This document shows, piece after piece, positions 1 to 8,528 of a stretch of 30,136 nucleotides of DNA (position 1 is its first letter; each line of letters starts with the position of its first letter). Source of the stretch: Chlamydiota bacterium (lineage in GTDB: Bacteria > Chlamydiota > Chlamydiia > Chlamydiales > JAJFMB01); the NCBI GenBank assembly GCA_021772355.1, contig JAJFMB010000014.1, positions 1-30,136 of the forward strand, given 5' to 3'. The notes below the pieces were generated by a model. That model ran no database searches and was not told the origin of the DNA. It saw only the letters and a program-made list of their open reading frames with translations. A program made the translations under genes and the position numbers.

Positions 1-182
1 GGATGGTTATTGATCAAAAGAGAGGCGCCGTATTTCCCGGTTATAGCTCGTACAGAAACTGCAAGCTTAGAGCAATTCTTATGCCGCAATTGAACCAAGC
101 GAATACCTCCCTTTAGAGCCTCTTCGATACGAACTTCGAGATTCGGCTCTTCATCAGTGACTAACATGATGCGTGGCAACAT
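1..182 (-). CDS. thiE: Thiamine phosphate synthase ThiE / TenI-like protein, N-terminal 60 aa only (runs off the window edge; absent from the ORF track)
   Basis: Hand translation from ATG at 182 (AAGGAG RBS 6 nt upstream) gives [60 protein letters not shown]. This has the ThiE-type ALxGGxxxVQLRxK and LxINxx motifs and overlaps the end of thiG. Confidence 0.8.
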   Translation of the reverse strand, partial: MLPRIMLVTDEEPNLEVRIEEALKGGIRLVQLRHKNCSKLAVSVRAITGKYGASLLINNH

Positions 183-945
183 CAATGACTCCTTTTGTGG
201 GGCTTGTCGCAATAGCATAATGTTTTCTGGGAATACGTCCTGCCAGATAGGCTAAACGTCCCGCTTCAGTTGCTAAACGCATTGCCCTTGCCATGTGGAT
301 AGGATGCTCAGCTCTTGCAATGGCAGAATCCACTAAAACAGCATCAGCGCCTATCTCCATGGCAGATACCACATCGGATGATGTTCCAATCCCGGCATCA
401 ACGATGATGGGAATTGTGATGTATTTGCGCAGCAGTTGTAGGTTGTATGGGTTGCAGATGCCCATTCCAGATCCAATTGGAGATCCCAAAGGCATCACTG
501 CAGCACACCCCATACCTGCCAATTTCTGACAAGAAATGAGGTCGTCATTACAGTAAGGTAGCACAACGAAGCCCTCCCGAACCAATTCATAAGCTGCCTT
601 TAGAAGTTCAACGACGTCGGGAAGAAGTGTCTTCTCATCCCCAATCACCTCAAGCTTAATCCAATTTGTCTCCAACGCCTCTCGTGCCAGCTGAGCCGTC
701 AACACAGCCTCTTTTGCGGTGTAGCAGCCAGCTGTATTTGGTAAGAGAAAGTGTTTGCTGCTAAGATCGTCCAAGAGAGTATTCTCTTCGTTCTTCTTCA
801 GATTTATCCTGCGTATGGCAACTGTGGTGATTTCGGCACCACTTTCGCCAATAGCCTCTAACATTGTGGCATGGTTAGGATAAGCGGCTGTCCCTATCAG
901 CAGTCGTGATGAAAAGACTTTTCCAGCTATTGTAAACGGATCCAT
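154..945 (-). CDS. thiG: Thiazole synthase
   Basis: [38 protein letters not shown] and DAGIG motifs. Start moved from 1011 to ATG 945 (MDPFTIAG), which overlaps the thiS stop as TAATG. Confidence 0.97.
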   Translation of the reverse strand: MDPFTIAGKVFSSRLLIGTAAYPNHATMLEAIGESGAEITTVAIRRINLKKNEENTLLDDLSSKHFLLPNTAGCYTAKEAVLTAQLAREALETNWIKLEVIGDEKTLLPDVVELLKAAYELVREGFVVLPYCNDDLISCQKLAGMGCAAVMPLGSPIGSGMGICNPYNLQLLRKYITIPIIVDAGIGTSSDVVSAMEIGADAVLVDSAIARAEHPIHMARAMRLATEAGRLAYLAGRIPRKHYAIATSPTKGVIDVATHHVSH

Positions 946-1151
946 TAGCCCCCCTGTATTGCGGTAATCACTTCGATAGAATCTCCAGACTGTACTGCCT
1001 GCTCTCCCCATTTTCCCTTTGGAATCACTGCTTCATTAAGAGCAACAGCTATCCCTTTCCCTTTGATCTCGTGCTTTTCAAGCAGCTGACTTAACATGAG
1101 AGGTTCATCGAAGATATAGGATTCTCCGTTGAACGTAATTTTTTTTGACAT
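945..1151 (-). CDS. thiS: Sulfur carrier protein ThiS
   Basis: 68 aa with [24 protein letters not shown] and the C-terminal Gly-Gly. Start at ATG 1151 with GAAGGAG upstream, not at 1184. Confidence 0.95.
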   Translation of the reverse strand: MSKKITFNGESYIFDEPLMLSQLLEKHEIKGKGIAVALNEAVIPKGKWGEQAVQSGDSIEVITAIQGG

Positions 1152-2167
1152 TGTATTTTCTCCTTCATGTGATAGGCGGTCCATGGCGCAAGTAAAATTC
1201 CGGATCTTCCATGACCTGTTGCGAAATAATAACCTGATCTCTCTTCAACGATTGGTAAATGATTATCAGATAGAGGGCGAAAGCCAACTTCTATCTGATC
1301 TACGGGCATCTCATAGATTGATGGCACGATTTCTTTAGCATACTCCAGTAGTTCCCAAAGTGGGCCGGCAGTAATGTCTCTGTTCATTCCAATATCTTCA
1401 CTAGTCGCTCCTACGCGAAGTGTCCCATCTCTTTTAGGAACAAGGTAGATGCGGGGTGTGCGAATCATACGCTGCACGCGATAGTTGGGAGGCATTTTAA
1501 GTGTCAAAATCTGTCCTTTGATGGGACGCATGGCCAATTTGTGGCGTGCCAATTTCTGGGACCAAGGCCCTGCACATACAATAATAGGGCGACCTTTAAT
1601 TGCTTGTCCGTTAGACAACCGGATTCCTTCTGGTTGCAGCTCTTGCACTGTGCACCTTTCCAAGAGCTTACCTCCCTTGCGGCAAAAGGCTTGTTTAAGT
1701 GCTTCTAGTAAAGCAAGATTGTCTATTTGACACTCATCGGGAATCCAAATTGCAGAAGTAACCCGTGGGGATAATAAAGGCTCTCGATCGCGGGCTTCAT
1801 CACCCGAGAGCCAGTGCACAGGCATTCCTTCACTCACTTTATTTTCATAAATCCTTTTTATAACTGATCGATCGTCGCTGTCGAGCGCTGCATAGAGGCT
1901 TCCCGTTTGTTTGAGCTCTACTGATATTCCGGAATCTTCCTTGAGTTCCTGCAGAAAACGAGGGTAAAGAGATAGACTTTTCCTCCCGAGCTGCCACATT
2001 TCCCTATCTTCAAATCCCGCTTCAGTATAGGGAGAGAGCATTCCCGCAGCCACACGGCTTGTTGCTTGTCCGGCAGTACTTTCTTCGTAGATATCTACAG
2101 TGAAGCCCGCACGCAAAAGCTGCCAGCCGATACTCAACCCGATCACCCCGCCACCTACGATAATCAT
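1091..2167 (-). CDS. thiO: Glycine oxidase ThiO
   Basis: N-terminal FAD-binding IIVGGGVIG, AAGML, PIKGQI, GFRP and ATGHGRSGILLAP motifs of the ThiO/DAO family. Start overlaps the thiD stop (ATGA). Confidence 0.93.
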   Translation of the reverse strand: MIIVGGGVIGLSIGWQLLRAGFTVDIYEESTAGQATSRVAAGMLSPYTEAGFEDREMWQLGRKSLSLYPRFLQELKEDSGISVELKQTGSLYAALDSDDRSVIKRIYENKVSEGMPVHWLSGDEARDREPLLSPRVTSAIWIPDECQIDNLALLEALKQAFCRKGGKLLERCTVQELQPEGIRLSNGQAIKGRPIIVCAGPWSQKLARHKLAMRPIKGQILTLKMPPNYRVQRMIRTPRIYLVPKRDGTLRVGATSEDIGMNRDITAGPLWELLEYAKEIVPSIYEMPVDQIEVGFRPLSDNHLPIVEERSGYYFATGHGRSGILLAPWTAYHMKEKIQCQKKLRSTENPISSMNLSC

Positions 2168-2955
2168 ACAGTTACCCCGTGGTATAGAGGTCCGGAACCT
2201 TTTCCAAGAAGATAACCAGCGCCTTTTGTCATTGCTTTGCTGACATACGATTTAGCTTCTAGAATCGCAACAGGCAACTCTCTTTGCTTGGCCAAATAAG
2301 CAGTAATGGCTGCGGAATACGTGCATCCACTGCCGTGTGTGTTGCGTGTATCAATCATCGGAGAAATAAACCACTCCAATTGATCTTCCGTTGCCAAACA
2401 ATCGGCGCCGCATTCCTCTTGCAAATGTCCGCCTTTAACCAATACAGCATCGCTACCCCACTTCAGCAGTTCCCGGGCACTATGCTCCATCTCTTTCTTG
2501 TCCCTAATCACATGTCCCGATAATGCCGCCGCTTCAAATAGATTAGGTGTTATCAATGTTGCCCTCGGAAATAAATATTCTTTCATCGCCTCAACAGCAT
2601 CGCTTGCGAGCAAACGGCATCCTGTGGTCGACACCATCACAGGATCGACGACAATGGGAACATTCGAAGGTAATTTCTCACTTACTGCGAGGACCGTTTG
2701 CTTGTCGTATAGCATTCCGATTTTGATAGCATCAACTCCACTATCACTGAATATAGCGTCCATCTGTTCGCCGATAAATGCAGGGTCCACAGCTCTTACG
2801 CCATGAACCCCAATCGTATTTTGAGCTGTTAATGCCACGACCACTGACATGCCGAAACAATCCAACGCACAAAATGTTTTTAAGTCAGCTTGAATGCCGG
2901 CGCATCCTCCAGAGTCTGAGCCGGCAATTGTGAGTGTCTTAATATAACGTTGCAT
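2164..2955 (-). CDS. thiD: Hydroxymethylpyrimidine/phosphomethylpyrimidine kinase
   Basis: LTIAGSDSGGCAGIQADLKT, AIKIGML, VDPVMVST, ITPNLFEA, LVKGGH and THGSGCTYSAAI motifs. ATG at 2955 overlaps the upstream TGA. Confidence 0.96.
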   Translation of the reverse strand: MQRYIKTLTIAGSDSGGCAGIQADLKTFCALDCFGMSVVVALTAQNTIGVHGVRAVDPAFIGEQMDAIFSDSGVDAIKIGMLYDKQTVLAVSEKLPSNVPIVVDPVMVSTTGCRLLASDAVEAMKEYLFPRATLITPNLFEAAALSGHVIRDKKEMEHSARELLKWGSDAVLVKGGHLQEECGADCLATEDQLEWFISPMIDTRNTHGSGCTYSAAITAYLAKQRELPVAILEAKSYVSKAMTKGAGYLLGKGSGPLYHGVTV

Positions 2956-3881
2956 CAAACACTACATCCTAGCGGTTTCACTTCACTGAAAGGAGTGCTC
3001 GGCACAAATTCGTTGGTGAAATAGTCACAAATAGAAAAGCCCTTATCAGCTATTCCCAAACGTACTGAATAATTGCCGACTTTATCCCAATCGCGTTCCA
3101 CATTAAGCAGATTCCGGGAAAAGAAGGGCAATGAGCGATTAAATACTTTTTTGTATAGCTCTGAGTCAAGCCTTGGATAGTATTCTTGTATCACCTCAAA
3201 AGCGCGATCCGGATTATCCGCAACTAAAGCTGCCCCTCTTTGCGTCGCGCTTAAAAATCTCTGCAACATTTCAGGCTGCTCCTGCAGCACTTTTTCATGC
3301 GCGATAAACATGATGGAACAGAAACAGCAACATCCTAGACCGGCAAGCTGATCGATCCTAAGCATGCCTGCCTCCCCCATTTCATGTTCTAATTCAACCT
3401 GTTGAAAGCACCCGATTCCAATGCCGGCATCTACTACATCTCGACGAATAGCATCAACAATGTTCATGCCCACACGTACTGTTTCGTAGTCGGTGATTCC
3501 AGCACACTTGGCCAGATCGTCGATCATAATCTTGCCAAACTCTCCTACATATCCCAAACGCTTACCGCGAATATCGTCAAAAGATTGGATGCCGCTTTTC
3601 TTTAAATAGATTAAACCCGTAGAAGGCTCATCCAAAAGAGTACCAATCGACTTAATCGGATAGCCTCTATTCTTGGCCGCATAGCAATGCACCATCGCTT
3701 TCAAACCAATGTCAACATTGCCAAGTCCTACGATTTCCGTAACATCGCTAGGATCCGTCGGCTCAAGAATTGCTAACTTGATATCCTCATCATCATAGAA
3801 GCCCAATGCCTTTGCCGCCAGAACCGGTGCATGATAAGGATTGGCATACCAATTTAATAACAACGTAGTTCTTGTTTTCAT
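2955..3881 (-). CDS. thi5: THI5/NMT1-type HMP-phosphate synthase (PLP- and histidine-dependent)
   Basis: LLLNWYANPYH, EPTDPSDV, GLKAMVH (PLP Lys and substrate His), IGYVGEF-like LGYVGEFGKI and the GCCCFCS motif typical of fungal and Legionella THI5. Real start is ATG 3881 after AAGGGG; the longer ORF start lies inside the riboswitch. Confidence 0.9.
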   Translation of the reverse strand: MKTRTTLLLNWYANPYHAPVLAAKALGFYDDEDIKLAILEPTDPSDVTEIVGLGNVDIGLKAMVHCYAAKNRGYPIKSIGTLLDEPSTGLIYLKKSGIQSFDDIRGKRLGYVGEFGKIMIDDLAKCAGITDYETVRVGMNIVDAIRRDVVDAGIGIGCFQQVELEHEMGEAGMLRIDQLAGLGCCCFCSIMFIAHEKVLQEQPEMLQRFLSATQRGAALVADNPDRAFEVIQEYYPRLDSELYKKVFNRSLPFFSRNLLNVERDWDKVGNYSVRLGIADKGFSICDYFTNEFVPSTPFSEVKPLGCSV

Positions 3882-3962
3882 AGAAATTCCCCTTGTTTGT
3901 ATCAACGATGACCGGGGAAAAAGAGAAAAAGGCGTGGAAATCCACTCCTTCCATATGATATC

Positions 3963-4049
3963 CGATGACATCCCTACGCTGGTATGATCCAGATCAGGTA
4001 ATGCGGTTATCCTCTCAGCCAAATACAAGTTTGGCACACCGAGTCATCA
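3963..4049 (-). ncRNA. TPP riboswitch aptamer
   Basis: Minus strand reads TGATGAC-TCGGTGTGCC...GGCTGAGAGGATAACCGCATTACCTGATCTGGATCATACCAGCGTAGGGAT-GTCATCG. It has the conserved CTGAGA and CCTGATCTGGATnATnCCAGCGTAGGGA elements and a P1 stem (ATGAC/GTCAT), upstream of thiamine genes. Confidence 0.95.
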
Positions 4050-4058
4050 ATTAAAAGA

Positions 4059-4087
4059 AAAGTAAATCACAAGATACTTTTTGTCAA
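4059..4087 (-). promoter_or_regulatory. Putative sigma70/sigma66 promoter of the thi operon
   Basis: TTGACA-17 bp-TACTTT on the minus strand, placing the transcription start just before the riboswitch P1. Confidence 0.55.
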
Positions 4088-4148
4088 AAAAAAATAGCTT
4101 TTAGCAAAAAATTTCAGACCATATAATTACAGACTTTATGAGGATGGT

Positions 4149-4559
4149 ATGGTTGTGGGATACGTCATTATCTGGATAGTTTCTGTAGTTAATTGGAAAG
4201 CTGTTTTCCTCTCAGTCATTGTTAATACGATGATCACAATGATTTGGTATTCTAGAAGCGTGCTAGCTATTTCCAAAAGAACGCTAAGATTTTACCTTGT
4301 TAACTTTGTGACAGCACTCTTTATGGCTGCTGGACTCTCACTTGCCATAACAAGACACTCCTCCTTTAATGGTGGAGCTTTATTGGGGTTTTTTGTATGG
4401 CTTTTTTTTGTTGCTCCAACACTTTATTCTCCTATGCCACGAGACGGGAACACGCCAAAGCTTTTTTATGCCAACCTTATTTGTCTACTTGTAAATCTTA
4501 TCGTGATGGGGGGCATAATCGGTCATTTAAGCTATTCTGCAACCCCAATAAAATACTGA
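4149..4559 (+). CDS. DUF1761-like small integral membrane protein
   Basis: VNWKAV...IWYS, GALLGFFVWLFFVAPT and KLFYAN...IVMGGIIG resemble the DUF1761 pattern (recalled); about four hydrophobic segments. Confidence 0.65.
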   Translation: MVVGYVIIWIVSVVNWKAVFLSVIVNTMITMIWYSRSVLAISKRTLRFYLVNFVTALFMAAGLSLAITRHSSFNGGALLGFFVWLFFVAPTLYSPMPRDGNTPKLFYANLICLLVNLIVMGGIIGHLSYSATPIKY

Positions 4560-4566
4560 TCTATTA

Positions 4567-5619
4567 CTAAAGTATCAGCATAGCGTCGCCGTATGAAAAG
4601 AAGCGGTACTTCTCTTCGATGGCTTTGTGGTAGGCTTCCATGGCAAGTTCATAGCCGGCAAAAGTTGAGACGAGCATCAGCAAAGTTGAGCCGGGAAGAT
4701 GAAAGTTGGTAAGTAGGCTTTGGGTGTAGCGAAAGCTGTAGCCTGGATAAATAAAAAGGTTCGTGTCGATGGCACCAGGCTTAATGATCCCCTCGTGAGT
4801 AGCAAGCGATTCTAGAGTGCGGCAACAGGTTGTGCCGACTGCCACCTGCCTTTTATCCGGTTTACGAGCATTCAGTTTATTAGCTGCGTCTTCAGTTACA
4901 GTGCAGTGTTCATAATGCATAGGGTGCTGTCGGATGTCATCTACTTGAACAGGACGAAAGGTTCCAAGACCAACATGAAGCGTTATTTCAGTTGAATCAA
5001 TCCCTTTTTGCTTAAGATTTTCTAGCAAGGATGGGGTAAAGTGCAAACCGGCAGTAGGCGCTGCTACAGCGCCTGGTTCTTTTGCGAATACAGTCTGATA
5101 ATCAACTTTATCTTTTACTTCTTTCTCGGGTCGTTGGATATAATGAGGAAGAGGCATCTGTCCATAAAGCTGCAGTTTTTCCCAAAAGGATTCGGGATGA
5201 AAAAACTTTAGGATGCGTACGCCCTCTTCTTTAGTGCCGATCACTTCACAAGAGAAATCATCAGCAAATGCAATATGTGATCCGACTGGCAGTTTCTTTG
5301 CCGGACGAGTAAGCGCTTCCCAAGTGTCTCCGGAAAGCTGCTTGAGCAATAGAGTTTCAATTTTTGCTCCACTCTCTTTATGACCAAGAAGCCTTGCAGG
5401 AATCACTTTGGTATTATTAAAGACAAGGCTGTCGCCTGACGAAAGAATATGCTGCAAGTCTTTGAAAAGAAAATGAGAAATTTCACCGCTTGCGCGGTTG
5501 AGAACCATTAAACGGGATTGATCGCGCGGCTCTATAGGCTTTTGCGCGATCAATTCCTTAGGAAGGTCAAAATAATAGGATGAGAGCTGATGCAGATCAA
5601 TTTTACTTTGCAGTTCCAT
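4567..5619 (-). CDS. queA: S-adenosylmethionine:tRNA ribosyltransferase-isomerase
   Basis: FDLPKELIAQKP, LVFNNTKVIPARL, PLPHYI, YQTVFA, GAVAAPTAGLHFT, LHVGLGTFRPV, TNFHLPGSTL and YRFFSYGDAMLI motifs. Confidence 0.98.
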   Translation of the reverse strand: MELQSKIDLHQLSSYYFDLPKELIAQKPIEPRDQSRLMVLNRASGEISHFLFKDLQHILSSGDSLVFNNTKVIPARLLGHKESGAKIETLLLKQLSGDTWEALTRPAKKLPVGSHIAFADDFSCEVIGTKEEGVRILKFFHPESFWEKLQLYGQMPLPHYIQRPEKEVKDKVDYQTVFAKEPGAVAAPTAGLHFTPSLLENLKQKGIDSTEITLHVGLGTFRPVQVDDIRQHPMHYEHCTVTEDAANKLNARKPDKRQVAVGTTCCRTLESLATHEGIIKPGAIDTNLFIYPGYSFRYTQSLLTNFHLPGSTLLMLVSTFAGYELAMEAYHKAIEEKYRFFSYGDAMLIL

Positions 5620-6476
5620 CAGTGAATCAATTGTATACTTGAGTCAGGAAAAGCGCGGTTCAGGATCTGAGCAGCGTGATCGCCACTATCGGCCATCGTT
5701 TGAACATCTTGTAGCGAGACTTTCGAAATAACTGTCTGTCCCTTAGCTTTGCTTTCTTTTGCCATATTGTGCCAGTAGGCGGGGAAAGGAGTAATGACTC
5801 CCTCATAAGCGGCAGTTCGGCTCATTACCATATTGCGTGTCAACTGAACAGCGCGATCGACACGGTTAGCATAACTCGTTATAGCGTGGCCTTGGTAGCC
5901 CACTTGTTCTGCATCAACTGCCCAATATACTGTCTTAGGATTTTCCGCTTCGTACAAGGCATTAGTTCTTTCGGCAATTGCGATCGCCGCCATTCCTTCA
6001 GGCGCCAAGTTCTCTTTAAATTTAATCGTCAAGATTGAAGCAACATAATCTTCGATATCGACTTCATTCACAACGTTGATAATACCATTGATGGAATACA
6101 CGTATATCGACCCTTTGTACTCGACACCTTCGACATTGATAGTTCCTTGAGGCGTTTCAGGTACAAATTTTAGTTGATGGCATCCTGGAAAAGATTCACC
6201 CCAGCGCAAACCTTCGCGCATCGGCTGAATAAATTTTCTTTTCCCTGCATAGCGTGTTGCCAACACTTTTTCCGTATTAGGATCCACGACGCGGTATCTC
6301 CCCTTCGTCTCCAAAATTACACCTGGCTGGTCATGAGCAATCAAGACCTTAATCGTCGTTGCCTGAGGCTCTTCCTTAGGCATAAATAGCATTTCCAACC
6401 CATCTTTCAAGGTGGCATGCATTGGCATCGCACAAACAGTTAAAGCACTTATCATCATCATGATCTTTGCTTTCAT
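5619..6476 (-). CDS. SpoIID/LytB-domain peptidoglycan protein with signal peptide (chlamydial SpoIID-like)
   Basis: Signal peptide MKAKIMMMISALTVCAMPMHA after a GGAGG RBS. YKGSI, VVNEVDIEDYV, AAIAIAERT, QVGYQG and a C-terminal MADSG..A.QIL..AFP match the SpoIID core. Stop overlaps the queA ATG (TGATG). Confidence 0.8.
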   Translation of the reverse strand: MKAKIMMMISALTVCAMPMHATLKDGLEMLFMPKEEPQATTIKVLIAHDQPGVILETKGRYRVVDPNTEKVLATRYAGKRKFIQPMREGLRWGESFPGCHQLKFVPETPQGTINVEGVEYKGSIYVYSINGIINVVNEVDIEDYVASILTIKFKENLAPEGMAAIAIAERTNALYEAENPKTVYWAVDAEQVGYQGHAITSYANRVDRAVQLTRNMVMSRTAAYEGVITPFPAYWHNMAKESKAKGQTVISKVSLQDVQTMADSGDHAAQILNRAFPDSSIQLIH

Positions 6477-6646
6477 ACGGAATCCTCCCAATCTATACAG
6501 TGAATTGCTGCATTTATAACGGATTTTCCTATTTGTTTGCTAGAGGTGTTTCACAACGTACCACTACCCTTAGAACCTCAATTAAAAATTAAAATACACT
6601 TTTTTTGGAATTTTAAAAAAAAATAAACAATAAAAATCAAATAAAG

Positions 6647-6675
6647 TTGACTTTATATATAAATAATAGTAAATT
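6647..6675 (+). promoter_or_regulatory. Putative sigma66 promoter of the 603-aa gene
   Basis: TTGACT-17 bp-TAAATT in an AT-rich intergenic region, with GGAG before ATG 6717. Confidence 0.5.
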
Positions 6676-6716
6676 AAATGGCATTTTAAAACGTATATTT
6701 ATCGGAGATAATAGTT

Positions 6717-8528
6717 ATGTATTCAAGTAATGCCTCAACTCACGGATACCGTCCAACAGGCCAATATGGATATTCGCCAGCATCACAAACAAACAGAGGT
6801 GGATTGACGCAAAAAGCTCCTACCCCTACGAATCCCTATGCTAGTCAAGGAACTTCAAGTAGACCACTTTCTCAAAGAGCGTCTGTAATTCCTAACCAAA
6901 ACACACCTCCTGCATCATCAACTGTTGCAAAATCTCATACTACTTTTCATTATTCAGATGGAAGACAACCATTAGCTACTCAGCAATCGCAGCCAAACAC
7001 TTACACCAACCCTTCACAACCGGCACCTAGGCAACAGCATCAACAATCAACTCATCTGCACACACAGCAAGGCGCATACGCAGATACCCCACAAGTAGCA
7101 CGTAGGCAACAGTATCAACCATCAACTCCTCAGCACCCACGTCAAGGCGCATACGCTGATACCGCACAAGTACAACAGTATCAACCATCGACTCCGCCGC
7201 CAGTTGCATTTCAATGGAGACCTGATTGGCGCACTCCTCTTGGACAATTTTGCCACACCAACATTCGCCATACAGTCCTTAACCCGTCCTTGCTTGATTC
7301 CGATCGATATCCTCGTAGTAATAAAACAGAGGGCCAGAAACTTGGACTTGAACCGATAACATTCCGGCAATACCTCAATAAACTCCAGGCAGAGAATGCT
7401 GATTACAAAAAACAACTCAGACAATTTTATTTAGAAAAAGGTACATTGCACGAATGTCTTTTCGGAATTAATCCAGACATATCCTTTGCAAAATTAAAAC
7501 AAACAAACCCTCGTATATTTGCTGAGTTATTCAGTTTGTTTATTGATATACAGATAGACATTCCTAAAATACGAGAAGCTGTTAAGAATTTTGTTCTCGA
7601 CGTTAATTATGCTAATTTAGATCAATTCAGACTTGAAGCACACCTAAAATATCTTGAAGGCTTACACTCAAAAAACTTCAAAAAAATAGATAGATTTGCT
7701 CAATGTTTAATTCATTTGCTTAACAAGAAAAGTGATAACGTGGTAGCGCCCGTCCGTCGATTTCAGTTCGCAAATGAACTGCAGAGAGCATTTGCTAATA
7801 GCCAAATTACTTCGCAAGAAGTTCTTGATAGACAGAAAAAATATGATGCTCTCATTTCAGTGCCCTATCGTAATCTTATTGCCAAGGCACGTGAAGAAAA
7901 AGGGTTTCAGTGGATAAACCAACTCATTGAGGCTTATTGCCAAAGTAGAGGTCAAAGATTTTCGACAATCAATATAGACGACCTATCCGGTTGGTTTGAG
8001 AGAAGGGTTGGACGTATCTCCACTCTACATCTTCTCGAAAAAAAGGCCATTGTTACTACGATGGAAGAAATTGGGTATTGGTTCGCTCCTGAATCCGCAG
8101 GTCCCCGTCGCCCGGGTCCTATTAACTGGGAGACAAATTCCAGGTCAGATGAAGACCTTCGTAAAATGAAAAAAGTTTGCTCCCTAGCTGAACATCTAGA
8201 GAGTAAGTGTGGATTACAAGGTAGTTTCAACTATCCTTTGAAACCCACTCTTGATGCCTTAACACCTGAGATGAAGAAACGCTATGATCATTTACAAAGT
8301 AACAAATCTCTTCAAGATTTTGTTACCTATGTACCAAAGTATTTTTCCGGTGTAGAAAGGGGATGGACTGCAGAGTGTCAACAGTTAAGAGAAGATGCTT
8401 ATCTTATTCACGCACTCCCGTTTCGAGCAGACCTCGATCAAAATCTTGTGAATCAAGCAAAAGCCAAGGCAGAGGAAATAGTTTTTTACCTCTATACCAG
8501 TGAGTTGCCTCAACCCCTGCAAAGTTAA
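6717..8528 (+). CDS. Hypothetical protein, candidate secreted effector (disordered Q/P/S/T-rich N-terminus, helical C-terminal domain)
   Basis: 603-aa ORF with RBS. The first ~165 aa are low-complexity with an internal repeat. No family recognised. Confidence 0.8.
   Translation: MYSSNASTHGYRPTGQYGYSPASQTNRGGLTQKAPTPTNPYASQGTSSRPLSQRASVIPNQNTPPASSTVAKSHTTFHYSDGRQPLATQQSQPNTYTNPSQPAPRQQHQQSTHLHTQQGAYADTPQVARRQQYQPSTPQHPRQGAYADTAQVQQYQPSTPPPVAFQWRPDWRTPLGQFCHTNIRHTVLNPSLLDSDRYPRSNKTEGQKLGLEPITFRQYLNKLQAENADYKKQLRQFYLEKGTLHECLFGINPDISFAKLKQTNPRIFAELFSLFIDIQIDIPKIREAVKNFVLDVNYANLDQFRLEAHLKYLEGLHSKNFKKIDRFAQCLIHLLNKKSDNVVAPVRRFQFANELQRAFANSQITSQEVLDRQKKYDALISVPYRNLIAKAREEKGFQWINQLIEAYCQSRGQRFSTINIDDLSGWFERRVGRISTLHLLEKKAIVTTMEEIGYWFAPESAGPRRPGPINWETNSRSDEDLRKMKKVCSLAEHLESKCGLQGSFNYPLKPTLDALTPEMKKRYDHLQSNKSLQDFVTYVPKYFSGVERGWTAECQQLREDAYLIHALPFRADLDQNLVNQAKAKAEEIVFYLYTSELPQPLQS
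7023..7195 (+). repeat. In-frame 75-bp imperfect tandem repeat (2 full units plus a partial unit)
   Basis: Units at 7023-7097 (APRQQHQQSTHLHTQQGAYADTPQV), 7098-7172 (ARRQQYQPSTPQHPRQGAYADTAQV) and a partial unit from 7173 (QQYQPSTP). The DNA shares caaggcgcatacgc.gatacc.cacaagta. Confidence 0.85.

Noticed and set aside
113-154. ATG overlapping the thiG stop ([13 protein letters not shown])
   Set aside because: It closes after 13 codons. The real downstream gene is the thiE-like frame starting at 182.
946-1011. Longer thiG start at 1011 (and longer thiS start at 1184)
   Set aside because: These extensions lie within the neighbouring genes. The stop/start overlap and RBS support 945 and 1151.
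1091-1151. 61-bp thiO/thiS overlap next to an 8-A run as a possible frameshift
   Set aside because: Both proteins look complete and the A run reads correctly in the thiS frame. A modest operon overlap is the simpler explanation.
3882-4037. 52-aa N-terminal extension of THI5 given by the ORF track
   Set aside because: It starts at a GTG inside the TPP aptamer. The RBS and family N-terminus point to ATG 3881.
7023-7195. Tandem repeat as a possible CRISPR array or mobile element
   Set aside because: It is in frame, degenerate, has no unique spacers and no cas genes nearby. No CRISPR array, transposase or integrase was seen anywhere in the window.
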